From IMG/VR virus record IMGVR_UViG_3300005096_000103, positions 74,360-138,359 of that record: a stretch of 64,000 bases of DNA. The stretch is one strand, 5' to 3'. Every line of letters starts with the position of its first letter. Within the stretch, counting starts at the first letter, position 1. Origin of the DNA: a virus. Positions 30,102 to 39,285 of the stretch are shown here, piece after piece. A program made the position numbers and the translations under genes. The notes beneath the pieces are model-generated. The model was not told the DNA's origin. It did not search any database and was given only the letters and a program-made list of their open reading frames with translations.

Positions 30102-30152
30102 TTGACGTCCTACAACCTACAGACTATACTCACGTCTGTAGGTTGTAGGACG
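30102..30152 (+). promoter_or_regulatory. Sigma-70-like promoter TTGACG-N17-TATACT embedded in a perfect 19-bp inverted repeat
   Basis: Arms 30106-30124 and 30134-30152; the -10 hexamer lies in the 9-nt loop. Confidence 0.65.
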
Positions 30153-30179
30153 CTTTACTTTAGATTTTACAGGAGACGC

Positions 30180-30788
30180 ATGCAAATCACGAAGGACGCT
30201 GTCCTAAAGGTCTGGGACAACTTGTCCGCGAGATACAACACGAAAGTCTTCGCTAAGGAAGGTAGTCTGCTGATGTGGTTTATCGGCTTGTTTTTGGATA
30301 CTATTGGTATCCTTGACAAAGAGGTGTTTCGTAGCCGGTTCACTACAACTATTGGTCGGCGTATTTATGTTCCCGCTGTGATTGGGGAGGGTGATACGAA
30401 TACACTGTGGTTCCAGATTAAGCTTGCTGTGCACGAGCATACACACGCAGTACAGCTAATCGATATAGGGAGCGTCCCTTTCACCTTTGGCTACCTGCTC
30501 TCAAGTCGTAAGCGTGCCCTCTATGAGTCTGAGGCTTATGTCACTGGAATCGAACTCGAACTGTGGCGTACGAGTGGTACAGCGTATATCAATACGCAAG
30601 AGATCGCTAACCGACTTAAGAACTACGGCTGTACTCCACAAGACATCGCTGCAGCTAAGAAAGTCTACGACAATAAGGTTAAGGCCTTGAAGGGTGGTGG
30701 ACCTTGGGAAGATATGGCTGTAGCATTTCCCGTAGGCCTCAGTCCTATCACTATGCGTGTCATAGATATCTTAAATGAGGGAGACTAA
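30180..30788 (+). CDS. Zincin-type metallopeptidase (HEXXH)
   Basis: AVHEHTHAVQ plus downstream YESEAY Glu ligand; AGGAG RBS supports start 30180. Confidence 0.7.
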   Translation: MQITKDAVLKVWDNLSARYNTKVFAKEGSLLMWFIGLFLDTIGILDKEVFRSRFTTTIGRRIYVPAVIGEGDTNTLWFQIKLAVHEHTHAVQLIDIGSVPFTFGYLLSSRKRALYESEAYVTGIELELWRTSGTAYINTQEIANRLKNYGCTPQDIAAAKKVYDNKVKALKGGGPWEDMAVAFPVGLSPITMRVIDILNEGD

Positions 30789-31075
30789 TGAGTTCACCAA
30801 AGTTCACAAAAACTGCGTATCAAGCAACTAACGTTAGTACTACAGCTTTAGCTGCTACACCTGGTGGTCGTTCCTACCTCAGTATCCACAACGCAGATAC
30901 CCAGCTTGTCCGCTACACCATTGAAGGCAGCGCTGCTACGATGACTACGGGTACCACACCTCTCTACCCTGGTGAAACTGACATCTGGGATGAGGCCGTC
31001 CCTGCTGACACCATCAAAGTCATTGTAGCCGCAGGAACCGCTGACCTCGTCATCCGGAGCGCTGACAGTGTCTAG
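30788..31075 (+). CDS. Small beta-rich protein, possibly virion-associated
   Basis: 95 aa, Thr/Ala-rich, RSYLSIHN motif; coupled to neighbours. Confidence 0.55.
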   Translation: MSSPKFTKTAYQATNVSTTALAATPGGRSYLSIHNADTQLVRYTIEGSAATMTTGTTPLYPGETDIWDEAVPADTIKVIVAAGTADLVIRSADSV

Positions 31076-31871
31076 GAAGAAGAACGGCTTAATAATCTCA
31101 CACGACTCTGTAATCCCTACGGTTCCCACACGTCTGCCTTGGGCCATGCACAACGCAGACGGAAGCGTCTCACAGGTGGGATTCGAGGGCACGACTCAAA
31201 AACATCCAAAACCCTACGCCGGAGGCTATAAAATCGACCTCGGCTTAAACGGCCCGTTTCGCGAAGACCCTGCAGACGGTTACATCCAGACGCTTGGCAA
31301 CACGTCACAGACGGCAGCTGGTCTAGTGCAGACGCTGAATGCGGGGCAGACGAATACTACGATTGATTTGCCGGGGATGGGTCCGGTGTTTGCGTTTTCT
31401 AAGATTCTGTTGGGTCTTGGCATTGTTAATGCCGCACCTGCGCCAGGTAACAATAGGGTAGGTCTGCAGCTCAGCAATAACCGTGTTGCCTACACAGTTG
31501 ACACCGCGGTGTTCCGCTCTGGAGATTGGAAAGCCGGTCAGTCCATAAACGGAGGTGGGTGGACTGCCGCTGGCTCTGCGGGTGGTGTTGCAATTGCAGA
31601 CGTGGGTGATATTGACTATATCGTGCTAGACCTCACCTCTGGATTGTCTAGTGCGTTCGCGCAATCCTACTCAATCTCAATCGGCGAAGAAGGCAACCTC
31701 GTGCCGTTTCAAGCCTATGGCAGCACATTTTCAACGCTGTTTATCCGCAACGACATCCCCGACACATATGATCTTACACTTAGGGCTTTCTTCGCTGGTG
31801 GTAGTGACTTCATCGTCACCTACAAATACCTGATGATCTTCCCGCAACCCACACTGTCAGTGGCGGACTAA
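31068..31871 (+). CDS. Fibre/decoration-like beta protein, paralog 1
   Basis: Shares LG.NGPF.EDPADGYI.T.G...QTA.GLV.TLNAG with 31876. Confidence 0.65.
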   Translation: MSRKKNGLIISHDSVIPTVPTRLPWAMHNADGSVSQVGFEGTTQKHPKPYAGGYKIDLGLNGPFREDPADGYIQTLGNTSQTAAGLVQTLNAGQTNTTIDLPGMGPVFAFSKILLGLGIVNAAPAPGNNRVGLQLSNNRVAYTVDTAVFRSGDWKAGQSINGGGWTAAGSAGGVAIADVGDIDYIVLDLTSGLSSAFAQSYSISIGEEGNLVPFQAYGSTFSTLFIRNDIPDTYDLTLRAFFAGGSDFIVTYKYLMIFPQPTLSVAD

Positions 31872-31875
31872 ACTG

Positions 31876-32688
31876 ATGAGCATTATCCAAAAGCCATTTG
31901 TCCGCTCTCAAGGCGCCGCGATTCCAGACGCCCCCAACGGTGCGCCGTTTGTCATGCTGGACCGTGCTGGCAAAGTCTACAACGCCGGGATCCAAAAGCT
32001 TGTGAACAAGCATCCGGGCATCAATCCAATGGCCTCGGGCCTCCCGATCCATTTAGGGACAAATGGACCATTTTCGGAAGACCCTGCAGACGGCTACATC
32101 AAAACGACCGGGACCAGCGCACAAACGGCTGACGGCCTCGTCTCGACGCTAAACGCGGGCAACATCCTAACTGAGATTGATTTACCAGGCATCGGACCAT
32201 TCACGCCAGGGATGATCCACGTTGAGATGGGTATCTCGGGTGCGTCGCCAGTGGTAGATAACGCTGCAGGGTTCAGGATCGACAACAACCTTATTGCTTT
32301 CAACTATAATATCATGTGCATCGCCAACGCGACTGAATGGCGTGTAGGTGATCGATTCAATGGTATCGGCACAGGGAGCTACACTCTAGGGACTCTTGGC
32401 CTTATCGCTTTTAGCAACGAGGCGAATCTTGGTTATATTGAGCTTGGTTTCGTCAACAACTGGTCCATCACTACAGGGCAAAACTACTCGGCGTCGATGG
32501 GGACTACTGGGATTATTAACAAGCTGGACGGGCGAGGTGGAGGTTTCAGTTCAACGGGATATCCAAACCTCAACCCGCCAACGTTTGACTTGATTCTACG
32601 CGCTCAGTGGCTAGGTGGGTCAGACCTCGTCGTAACCTGGAAGTCTGTGACGATACTACCTAAACTTCAACAGACATCGGTGGGCTAG
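31876..32688 (+). CDS. Fibre/decoration-like beta protein, paralog 2
   Basis: As above; divergent central region, shared DL.LRA...GGSD..VT.K C-terminus. Confidence 0.65.
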   Translation: MSIIQKPFVRSQGAAIPDAPNGAPFVMLDRAGKVYNAGIQKLVNKHPGINPMASGLPIHLGTNGPFSEDPADGYIKTTGTSAQTADGLVSTLNAGNILTEIDLPGIGPFTPGMIHVEMGISGASPVVDNAAGFRIDNNLIAFNYNIMCIANATEWRVGDRFNGIGTGSYTLGTLGLIAFSNEANLGYIELGFVNNWSITTGQNYSASMGTTGIINKLDGRGGGFSSTGYPNLNPPTFDLILRAQWLGGSDLVVTWKSVTILPKLQQTSVG

Positions 32689-32713
32689 CTCTACAAGCTA
32701 ACCAAGGACTAAG

Positions 32714-32914
32714 ATGCCTAACAACAAACGGAAAGTCCCACGCTTACCAAAGACGATGGACGAGATAGACTACATGGGGTTTGAAATGCTAGATGCCATG
32801 GCTCGCGGTGAAGATGGCTACGAAGCATCCCGCATACGTGGGCAAGACCTAGTCGTGAACTGGAAGTCCATCACGCTGGAGTCGCTGCCTAAGGAGCCAG
32901 AAGATGCCACGTAA
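32714..32914 (+). CDS. Small hypothetical protein
   Basis: 66 aa, AAGGA RBS; ends with a motif copied from 31876. Confidence 0.5.
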   Translation: MPNNKRKVPRLPKTMDEIDYMGFEMLDAMARGEDGYEASRIRGQDLVVNWKSITLESLPKEPEDAT

Positions 32915-33200
32915 CCCAAGACTCTCACAAGACGCACAAGGCAAGTGGAAGCGTCAAAAGATGCCCGAGGCCCCTAAGTGGACCGTCACATATCCAGGAC
33001 AGTCTAAACCTATGGCCGTTCGCGCTGCTAAGCGGCGGGATGCTACGGAAGAGGCTGCACAGCGTATCTTTCGCCGTGAGGGCATTGACGTGTTCCCCCT
33101 GGACGTGACGGTACAGCGTACAGACAAGTCTAAGTCTTGGACTTTTAACGTTAGGGCTGTTGTTCAGATGGTAGACTTTCGGTTGGTTAAGCAGTTCTAG
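32904..33200 (+). CDS. Small basic hypothetical protein
   Basis: 98 aa, AAGGAG RBS. Confidence 0.6.
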   Translation: MPRNPRLSQDAQGKWKRQKMPEAPKWTVTYPGQSKPMAVRAAKRRDATEEAAQRIFRREGIDVFPLDVTVQRTDKSKSWTFNVRAVVQMVDFRLVKQF

Positions 33201-33224
33201 CGCTTAATACACCGTAGTACTGTT

Positions 33225-33265
33225 AGGCATCTTGAGACTTTGGTCTTGAGGTGTCTTTTTTTTTT
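33225..33265 (+). terminator. Rho-independent terminator
   Basis: aggcatcttgagac-tttg-gtcttgaggtgtct (14 bp including G-U pairs) followed by a long T-run. Confidence 0.85.
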
Positions 33266-33321
33266 GTATACTACCTAGTAGTCTACACCTAACAAGCTAC
33301 ACCTTATAGGAGCAAAGACTT

Positions 33322-33645
33322 ATGGACACTGATCCAGATCTCGTAAACGCACTGTCAAGTATGTGTTACCGTAGACAAGGAACCACTAACGTCTGGGCTA
33401 AACCTGTGGCTCACCACTTGTTTGTCCTCGACGTAGAGACTATGGAGTGGTCAAACTGGTTTATTGGCCGTGAAGAGGAGGAGAAGTGTATTTGGGAGAC
33501 AAAAGTTCTTAGCTTGCCCGAGGGTGATAGCGACGCAACGTACCTATCCTGTTTGAAGGAGATTGAACGGTATACACGACTTTGGATGGGTAGCTCAGGT
33601 CCTAAAGGCTTACACCTTAAATCTGAATACGAATTCGACTTGTGA
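33322..33645 (+). CDS. Hypothetical protein
   Basis: 107 aa, AGGAG RBS. Confidence 0.65.
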   Translation: MDTDPDLVNALSSMCYRRQGTTNVWAKPVAHHLFVLDVETMEWSNWFIGREEEEKCIWETKVLSLPEGDSDATYLSCLKEIERYTRLWMGSSGPKGLHLKSEYEFDL

Positions 33646-33668
33646 GGGAGATAAGCCCTACCTTTAAT

Positions 33669-33677
33669 TGGTATAAG
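33669..33677 (+). promoter_or_regulatory. Putative phage promoter motif TGGTATAAG (copy 3)
   Basis: Intergenic, ~110 nt upstream of 33789. Confidence 0.6.
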
Positions 33678-33788
33678 ATAGTGTACGTATCATCTACGTA
33701 TAACTACGCGACACTCTAACGTCTTACTTGCCCAATAAGGGGTTTAAAAGTTGAGACTATGTCGCAAGTCCCTTAGGAGGGATATACT

Positions 33789-34703
33789 ATGGACAACACT
33801 CAAACTGAGACAACTATCGCCGTAAGTAACAACAACGCCACTTCGGTGGCACTGAGCCAGCTCCGGGAGGAGGAGAGAGCCGCCCACGCGGCTTACGTGG
33901 ATACCCCGTCGCCCCCGGCGTTTACGCCGCTGGGGGATCCGAGGGTCGTAGCATTCGAGGACGCTCGGATCAATTTCGACGCGGCGAGGGACGAGCTCCA
34001 GGAGGGGTTGTACACCGCTGTCACTTCCGGCGTCGCCATCTCACCCTCCGTTCTGGAGGAGTGCCCGTGGCATCTCGTCCGGGGGAGGGGTAGTTGGGGC
34101 GCGGTGGGGAGGACTGTGACTGCGTCCGTGGCGGAGGGGGTCTTCCCTCTAGTCCTGACCGCCCTCCTGGGCGATCACTGGTCGTTAGAGTCCTGGCCGT
34201 ACGGGTTCGGAGGGGCGTCCTCGCCTCCTGAGGAGTCGTACTGGTACAGTGCAACCCGTCATGTCGGCGAGGACATAGAGATGTCCGAGTCCCTCAAGAC
34301 GAGGGTGTACATAACCACGTCGGGAAGAATGAGAGTCACCGTCGAGCCCGATGGCTCGGTGACCATCGGCCTCCATACGTCGGTGGGGATGGACGATCTC
34401 CTCGACGCCACGTCGAATTCGACGCCACGTAAAGATGTATGCTACTTCGCCGTGGAGTTCTCCCCATCTGGGGGGATCACCGCCCTCTGGGGAGACAGGG
34501 GCCTGTGGACGAGCAGCCGCCTGTCCCACCTGGTCCAGTACATCCTGCCGGCCATGTCCGTCGCAGGGTTTGCGAGCACTCCCCTCGTGGAGGCGCTCGT
34601 TGCCTCCACCAATTACTCACTCCCACGTGGGAGTGAGGACTTCTTCGCTCGGCTTGAGGAGTGGGGGGCTCAGCCCCTCACTCGCCTCGACTACACAAAG
34701 TAG
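33789..34703 (+). CDS. Hypothetical protein, paralog family A, GC-rich copy
   Basis: FPLVLTALLGDHWSLESW and LWTSSRLSHLVQYILPA; AGGAGG RBS. Confidence 0.75.
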   Translation: MDNTQTETTIAVSNNNATSVALSQLREEERAAHAAYVDTPSPPAFTPLGDPRVVAFEDARINFDAARDELQEGLYTAVTSGVAISPSVLEECPWHLVRGRGSWGAVGRTVTASVAEGVFPLVLTALLGDHWSLESWPYGFGGASSPPEESYWYSATRHVGEDIEMSESLKTRVYITTSGRMRVTVEPDGSVTIGLHTSVGMDDLLDATSNSTPRKDVCYFAVEFSPSGGITALWGDRGLWTSSRLSHLVQYILPAMSVAGFASTPLVEALVASTNYSLPRGSEDFFARLEEWGAQPLTRLDYTK

Positions 34704-34729
34704 TCTCCTGCCTTTCTTCTCGCCTTCTC

Positions 34730-34774
34730 GGCGTCTACAGTTTTCAAAAACTGTGGGCGCCTTCCTCTCTTTTT
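34730..34774 (+). terminator. Rho-independent terminator
   Basis: ggcgtctacagttt-tcaa-aaactgtgggcgcc followed by a pyrimidine/T-run. Confidence 0.7.
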
Positions 34775-34799
34775 AGCTGTGCTAGCCTAGCTAAATACC

Positions 34800-34808
34800 T
34801 GGTATAAG
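34800..34808 (+). promoter_or_regulatory. Putative phage promoter motif TGGTATAAG (copy 4)
   Basis: Directly after the terminator, intergenic. Confidence 0.6.
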
Positions 34809-34872
34809 AAGGCAATTGGAACCTATGTATATTATACCTCTATAGGGTGCTTAATTGTGGCTTCCGCGAAAC

Positions 34873-34944
34873 CTACCGATGTCGCTACCGATGTCGCTAC
34901 CGATGTCGCTACCGATGTCGCTACCGATGTCGCTACCGATGTCG
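34873..34944 (+). repeat. 12-bp tandem repeat x6 (ctaccgatgtcg)
   Basis: Six perfect copies. Confidence 0.97.
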
Positions 34945-35031
34945 TAGGTGCTACGCCAGGTAGACTCTTTACGTAGTAATAGAGGCACCTTATATTAACC
35001 TTATATTAACCTTAACTTAGGAGACAAAACA

Positions 35032-35451
35032 ATGGGAAACTCAGCTAACGCAACACTATGTTACGGGATACGAATTGATGTCGGTGCTATTGAATCGTGT
35101 TTCTATGAACCTAGCGACATTGGGCACATTAGTCATGATGGCGCAGGTCTCCATGGATTTTCCGTAGAAAGACTGTGTGAGTGGATTGACGATAACTTAA
35201 CCTCTAAATTAAAGACTATCGAGTTTCGTATGGTCTCAGGGGATCCAGATGGTAATAACAAAGATAATTCCTGGCTGCTCGTAGTGTCAGACACTATCGT
35301 TACAGCTGACTGGGAGGGTCTTGAGTCTCTTGACACTACAGATTTTGCGTCAGTGCCTCTCCGCGACGTTGTACTTGCTCAAATAACTTTAGCTTTGGAC
35401 CTTCCTACTGTGGGTGTCGCAGGATGGAAGCTAGGCGCTACTACTACTTAA
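35032..35451 (+). CDS. Hypothetical acidic protein
   Basis: 139 aa, AGGAG RBS. Confidence 0.7.
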   Translation: MGNSANATLCYGIRIDVGAIESCFYEPSDIGHISHDGAGLHGFSVERLCEWIDDNLTSKLKTIEFRMVSGDPDGNNKDNSWLLVVSDTIVTADWEGLESLDTTDFASVPLRDVVLAQITLALDLPTVGVAGWKLGATTT

Positions 35452-35467
35452 CTAGAGGGGATACACT

Positions 35468-35836
35468 GTGAAACACTTCACTAAAGATCAAATATTAGAT
35501 ATAGTCTCACCTAAAGACCTCGAAGGTCTAAATCGTGAGGAAATCTACAACCTGTCACTCCAGTGGTTTGCTGCGATGAGTGACTATTGCACTGAACGTG
35601 CTGGAGAAGCTATGAAATTTTATAACCGTTTAGACGAAGGTATCAAAGGTAAGAAGTTTAGAGACGAAGGGGACTTACTCTTTAAACGCTCTCTTCTAGA
35701 GGTTTTGGAATATGATATCATACACATCTGTATGAATAATATGCTCACATATGGTAAGTCTATCAAGATTACTGAGACGTTTAGGGAAGAACACGGTGGA
35801 TTCTTATCCAGGGAGAAATTCAATGCCAATTCTTAA
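35468..35836 (+). CDS. Hypothetical protein
   Basis: 122 aa, GTG start, GAGGGG RBS. Confidence 0.65.
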   Translation: MKHFTKDQILDIVSPKDLEGLNREEIYNLSLQWFAAMSDYCTERAGEAMKFYNRLDEGIKGKKFRDEGDLLFKRSLLEVLEYDIIHICMNNMLTYGKSIKITETFREEHGGFLSREKFNANS

Positions 35837-36128
35837 CACAGAGTCTGAGGTTAATGCGCCTGCTAAGCGTGGATCAATTCCTGAAGCCACTATCATGGCT
35901 ATATCATCGCTGTTACTCTCCTTCGTTACAGTCCCATCAATATTCTGTTTGATTGGTTACGGATCTGGCATTGTGTCAGTGATGCTGACTGTACTCGTCT
36001 ACGTTAAGTACCGTAAAGGTTCAGCGACTCTATCTGATGTCATCGTAGCATTGACTGGAGCTATCGTGTCCATATTCGTCATGGTAGCTTATACTATGCT
36101 GTTCATCTCTAACATGCCCGCGCCTTAA
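35823..36128 (+). CDS. Small membrane protein (about 3 TM helices)
   Basis: Hydrophobic segments; GGGAG RBS supports start 35823. Confidence 0.6.
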   Translation: MPILNTESEVNAPAKRGSIPEATIMAISSLLLSFVTVPSIFCLIGYGSGIVSVMLTVLVYVKYRKGSATLSDVIVALTGAIVSIFVMVAYTMLFISNMPAP

Positions 36129-36140
36129 GAAGGTTGTAAT

Positions 36141-36404
36141 ATGTCTAGTGAGAAGAAGTCACCGTCTGAAAAACTTAACATGCATATGTACTACCGCATC
36201 GCAAGTAAAGACCTAACAATGATCTACTCGAACCAGGATCACCCTACGCTAGCGCGGAGAGTAGTCAAGTTACTACCGCATCCGTATCCCTGGGTTGTAG
36301 ATGAAGAGATAGTCTACACGTATATACCTGGTAGTTCGTTAGACTTGGAACGTATGCGTACTAAGCTTGCTGAAGCAGGGTTTACACTAGAAGAGGAGGT
36401 TTAA
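36141..36404 (+). CDS. Hypothetical protein
   Basis: 87-aa ORF in operon. Confidence 0.6.
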   Translation: MSSEKKSPSEKLNMHMYYRIASKDLTMIYSNQDHPTLARRVVKLLPHPYPWVVDEEIVYTYIPGSSLDLERMRTKLAEAGFTLEEEV

Positions 36405-36418
36405 GGAGGTTTAGTTCT

Positions 36419-36589
36419 ATGAGATATTTACGCTGTAGGATTCGTGGTGCTGTAAAGAAGGTACGTATAAATGCGACTAACTGGTTTATGGATGTTAGTG
36501 ATGATCTTAGCTTGTCGGTTAGATTGTTCTTACTGTTACTCACGGCTGTGTCCTTCGTTGTATTCCTCTATGCACTCATAATGTACTAA
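36419..36589 (+). CDS. Small membrane protein (56 aa, not in ORF track)
   Basis: AAGGAGG RBS; MRYLRCR...LFLLLLTAVSFVVFLYALIMY; fills the gap between genes. Confidence 0.55.
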   Translation: MRYLRCRIRGAVKKVRINATNWFMDVSDDLSLSVRLFLLLLTAVSFVVFLYALIMY

Positions 36590-36601
36590 CGGAGATCAAA
36601 A

Positions 36602-37234
36602 ATGACTAAGACGACTAACAAACAAAACCAGGTATTCCTTGGCGACCTACCTGATCACCTATTCGACTTCGTAAAAGAGGCAGGTACCGTTGCTGTTGAC
36701 ATCGAGACAACAGGTCTTAATTGGCGTAGCGAGATCATTTGTACTTGCCAGTTGAGAATACCACAGCATCCAGGTTGGATCGTGAAGATGAGTCGAGACA
36801 TCAAACCCTTAAACCTCGCTGTCATCATCGAGTCGAAACACATAACAAAAATCTTCCACCATGCTATGTTCGACCTATGCTTCATGGCGCATTGTTGGAG
36901 TGTGGTTCCTAATAATATCCAGTGTACGAAAATCATGGCAAAGATTACCAGGATTATCTCAACTAGTCTTAAAGACCTACTAAAAGGCCTACTTGGCGTC
37001 TCCCTGATTAAAGACCCTAACATCCGCTGTGGTGACTGGCGGGCTGAGGTTCTTAGTCCTGAGCAGATTAAGTACGCTTTACACGACGTAAAGTATCTCA
37101 TAGAATTACGGGATGTCCTACGTAGACCTCTTATAGAAAGCTCAAAGCTTGAATTAGCTGAGAGCTGTTTCAACTTTATCCCCTCAAGGGTTGTATTAGA
37201 GATACAGGGCTATGGCGACGTCTTCAAGTACTGA
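36602..37234 (+). CDS. 3'-5' exonuclease (DEDD, RNase D/Pol-A-exo-like)
   Basis: AVDIETTGL, IFHHAMFDL, CTKIMAK, QIKYALHDV motifs. Confidence 0.88.
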   Translation: MTKTTNKQNQVFLGDLPDHLFDFVKEAGTVAVDIETTGLNWRSEIICTCQLRIPQHPGWIVKMSRDIKPLNLAVIIESKHITKIFHHAMFDLCFMAHCWSVVPNNIQCTKIMAKITRIISTSLKDLLKGLLGVSLIKDPNIRCGDWRAEVLSPEQIKYALHDVKYLIELRDVLRRPLIESSKLELAESCFNFIPSRVVLEIQGYGDVFKY

Positions 37235-37610
37235 TATTAAGAATCCTGATATTAAGAATCCAATAGTCCCCCTACGTCCACGAGGTCTTGGACTTGGACT
37301 CGAAACGATGCCAGGATGTTTTGTCTGTGGTGGCTGCACAGATATGTATAATAACCTGTCAGCCTTTGTCGAAACTAAAGAAGAGGGGGAGAGAGCTGTA
37401 GCGATGTTCACTCAGGGAGCTAAGCTTGACTACCGACCTCAGGAGCCTAACTGGATACAAGTTAAGGTAGGCGCGTGTGACACACATCTGGAGAATCTAG
37501 TGTGGCTCCTAGACATGATCGAGGAGTCTAAAGGAATCTGTGCTGAGACAGTTTACATCTGTTCGGACGAGACAATTCATCTCTGCTCTAGAGTAGACAG
37601 CGAGGAGTAA
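37212..37610 (+). CDS. Cys-containing hypothetical protein (start may be 37308)
   Basis: CFVCGG...GACDTH, possible Zn ligands; 15-bp duplication at 37231-37260. Confidence 0.6.
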   Translation: MATSSSTDIKNPDIKNPIVPLRPRGLGLGLETMPGCFVCGGCTDMYNNLSAFVETKEEGERAVAMFTQGAKLDYRPQEPNWIQVKVGACDTHLENLVWLLDMIEESKGICAETVYICSDETIHLCSRVDSEE

Positions 37611-37611
37611 T

Positions 37612-38178
37612 ATGACACCTTATGAAGAATACGGACCGAACTCAGATCGTGACATCACCATTGACGAAGTAGGTCATATAAGGTGGGAAGTCTATAGAGG
37701 TACAGATAAATTAATAACATACTGGTCTATCGGAGACGATACCTCTCCAGGCACCTGGACTATTATCTGTACAGGTAAGGTTGTCGGGGAACGTCTAAGT
37801 GCTAGCGACGTAGTACTAGTTGACGCTATCCTAGCGTGCATCAAACGCTCAGAAGGTATTACATCCTCCTTAAAGTCTCACCTAGCGGTGACCTCTCCAA
37901 GCAAGTCAACATGTTCCATCACCCGTGAACGCTTAGCTAGTGCACTCGCAGACATCCCGAACCCTGCACGAACTCCAAAGGTTACAGCTATGACTATACA
38001 CTGGCTTGGGGATGTTGACGTGCACTACTCCTGTGTGTTTCCTGAGGACAGGTGGCGTTTTAAGTATGGAAACGTTACAGGGTACGGGGATACACTCCGT
38101 AAATCTATAGCTGACTACGACGCTAAGCTTTCAAGGGCACTAAAAGTGTTTGAGGTGCAGTTAGTGGAAAAAGCGTGA
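37612..38178 (+). CDS. Hypothetical protein, paralog family B
   Basis: TPYEEYG..SD and GYGDTLRKS shared with 41606. Confidence 0.7.
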   Translation: MTPYEEYGPNSDRDITIDEVGHIRWEVYRGTDKLITYWSIGDDTSPGTWTIICTGKVVGERLSASDVVLVDAILACIKRSEGITSSLKSHLAVTSPSKSTCSITRERLASALADIPNPARTPKVTAMTIHWLGDVDVHYSCVFPEDRWRFKYGNVTGYGDTLRKSIADYDAKLSRALKVFEVQLVEKA

Positions 38179-38498
38179 GCGGAGATAGCGTGAACGAAGA
38201 CATGAACCCACGACGCAAGCCAATGACGTCCCTCACACTCTTTGGGCGTCGTTGGTTTAGTAAGACCTATGGTAACTCGTACTGTAGCGTCTCAATCATT
38301 GTTAACGGTGTGCACATCACTAGAACGGACTATACAAGCGGTTACGGTGACTACTACGTACAATACGCACGCGAGTGGCTTGTAAAACTGGGTTACATCC
38401 ACGAGAGCGAGAAAGACCTTCTATGGAAATACTGCCAAAATTATGGGATAGCATACCATTATGAGGTGTGTGATGTTAGTAGGGAGAAGGACCTATAG
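38175..38498 (+). CDS. Hypothetical protein
   Basis: 107-aa ORF; start uncertain. Confidence 0.6.
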   Translation: MSGDSVNEDMNPRRKPMTSLTLFGRRWFSKTYGNSYCSVSIIVNGVHITRTDYTSGYGDYYVQYAREWLVKLGYIHESEKDLLWKYCQNYGIAYHYEVCDVSREKDL

Positions 38499-38531
38499 GT
38501 AGTTTGACCTGTAGGTAGTTTGACCTGTAGG
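38490..38531 (+). repeat. 16-bp tandem repeat spanning a stop codon
   Basis: gacct(a/g)taggtagttt x2 plus partial. Confidence 0.85.
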
Positions 38532-38543
38532 GAGAAAGCCAAC

Positions 38544-39224
38544 ATGATGAAGCTACTTAAAGCACTAAAGAAACTAGATACTAAAATTAGCGCAGCCCTG
38601 GATGACGGCAAACCTTTCTGTGTCTCTGACAGCGATAGACATAGAAGTAAGACACTGCCTCTACTTCATAAACTCGGATTTATAGAATATACCTACGGGC
38701 CTCTATCGATCCCTAGGACGTCCTGGTCTAAGAATATAGTCACTCAAATTACATATGAGGGTATGGAGGCTCTAGACCTGTACGATAAGTCACAGAAAAG
38801 AAAAGCGGCGGAGAGACTAGCTAGGACAGCTACGGGTAGTACAACTACAGCTAAACCTACACAAGTTAAACCCGTCCAAGCTGTCAAGACGCCTCGCTCC
38901 CTCGACCTACAGCTCATTACGCATAACGAGTGGCAGAATATGTTGGGCGTAGTCGTCTACGCATTCGGCAGGGCGTTAGCCTACAGCAGAGACGAAGCAA
39001 GAGACATAGACGGACACCACACTGATTTTACTCTGAGCGAATATACTAGCTACCTGTGTGCTATTGAGGACCTGGTTATTACCGCTCTTATGTTAGCCTC
39101 GGGTGTTGAGAGCAAGGATCTTACTCGGGCTATTACATATTTGAGGGATCGAATGTCTTCTGAACTGCTTGAGGAGGGAATGCAACGTACGGTAACGAAA
39201 GCAACCTGGGACTTTACAAAGTAA
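38544..39224 (+). CDS. Hypothetical protein
   Basis: GGGAG RBS supports ATG 38544. Confidence 0.7.
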   Translation: MMKLLKALKKLDTKISAALDDGKPFCVSDSDRHRSKTLPLLHKLGFIEYTYGPLSIPRTSWSKNIVTQITYEGMEALDLYDKSQKRKAAERLARTATGSTTTAKPTQVKPVQAVKTPRSLDLQLITHNEWQNMLGVVVYAFGRALAYSRDEARDIDGHHTDFTLSEYTSYLCAIEDLVITALMLASGVESKDLTRAITYLRDRMSSELLEEGMQRTVTKATWDFTK

Positions 39225-39285
39225 GGGACAAAGTGGGAGACTCTTATGTCTAAAAAAAAAAGAGAAAGAGAATAAACCCAAACTT

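Noticed and set aside
31068-32688. Diversity-generating retroelement (TR/VR pair)
   Set aside because: Both copies are intact ORFs with ordinary divergence, not adenine-specific changes, and there is no reverse transcriptase in the window.
34021-34776. Alternate-frame ORFs in the GC-rich gene
   Set aside because: High GC suppresses stop codons; no RBS and protein-unlike composition.
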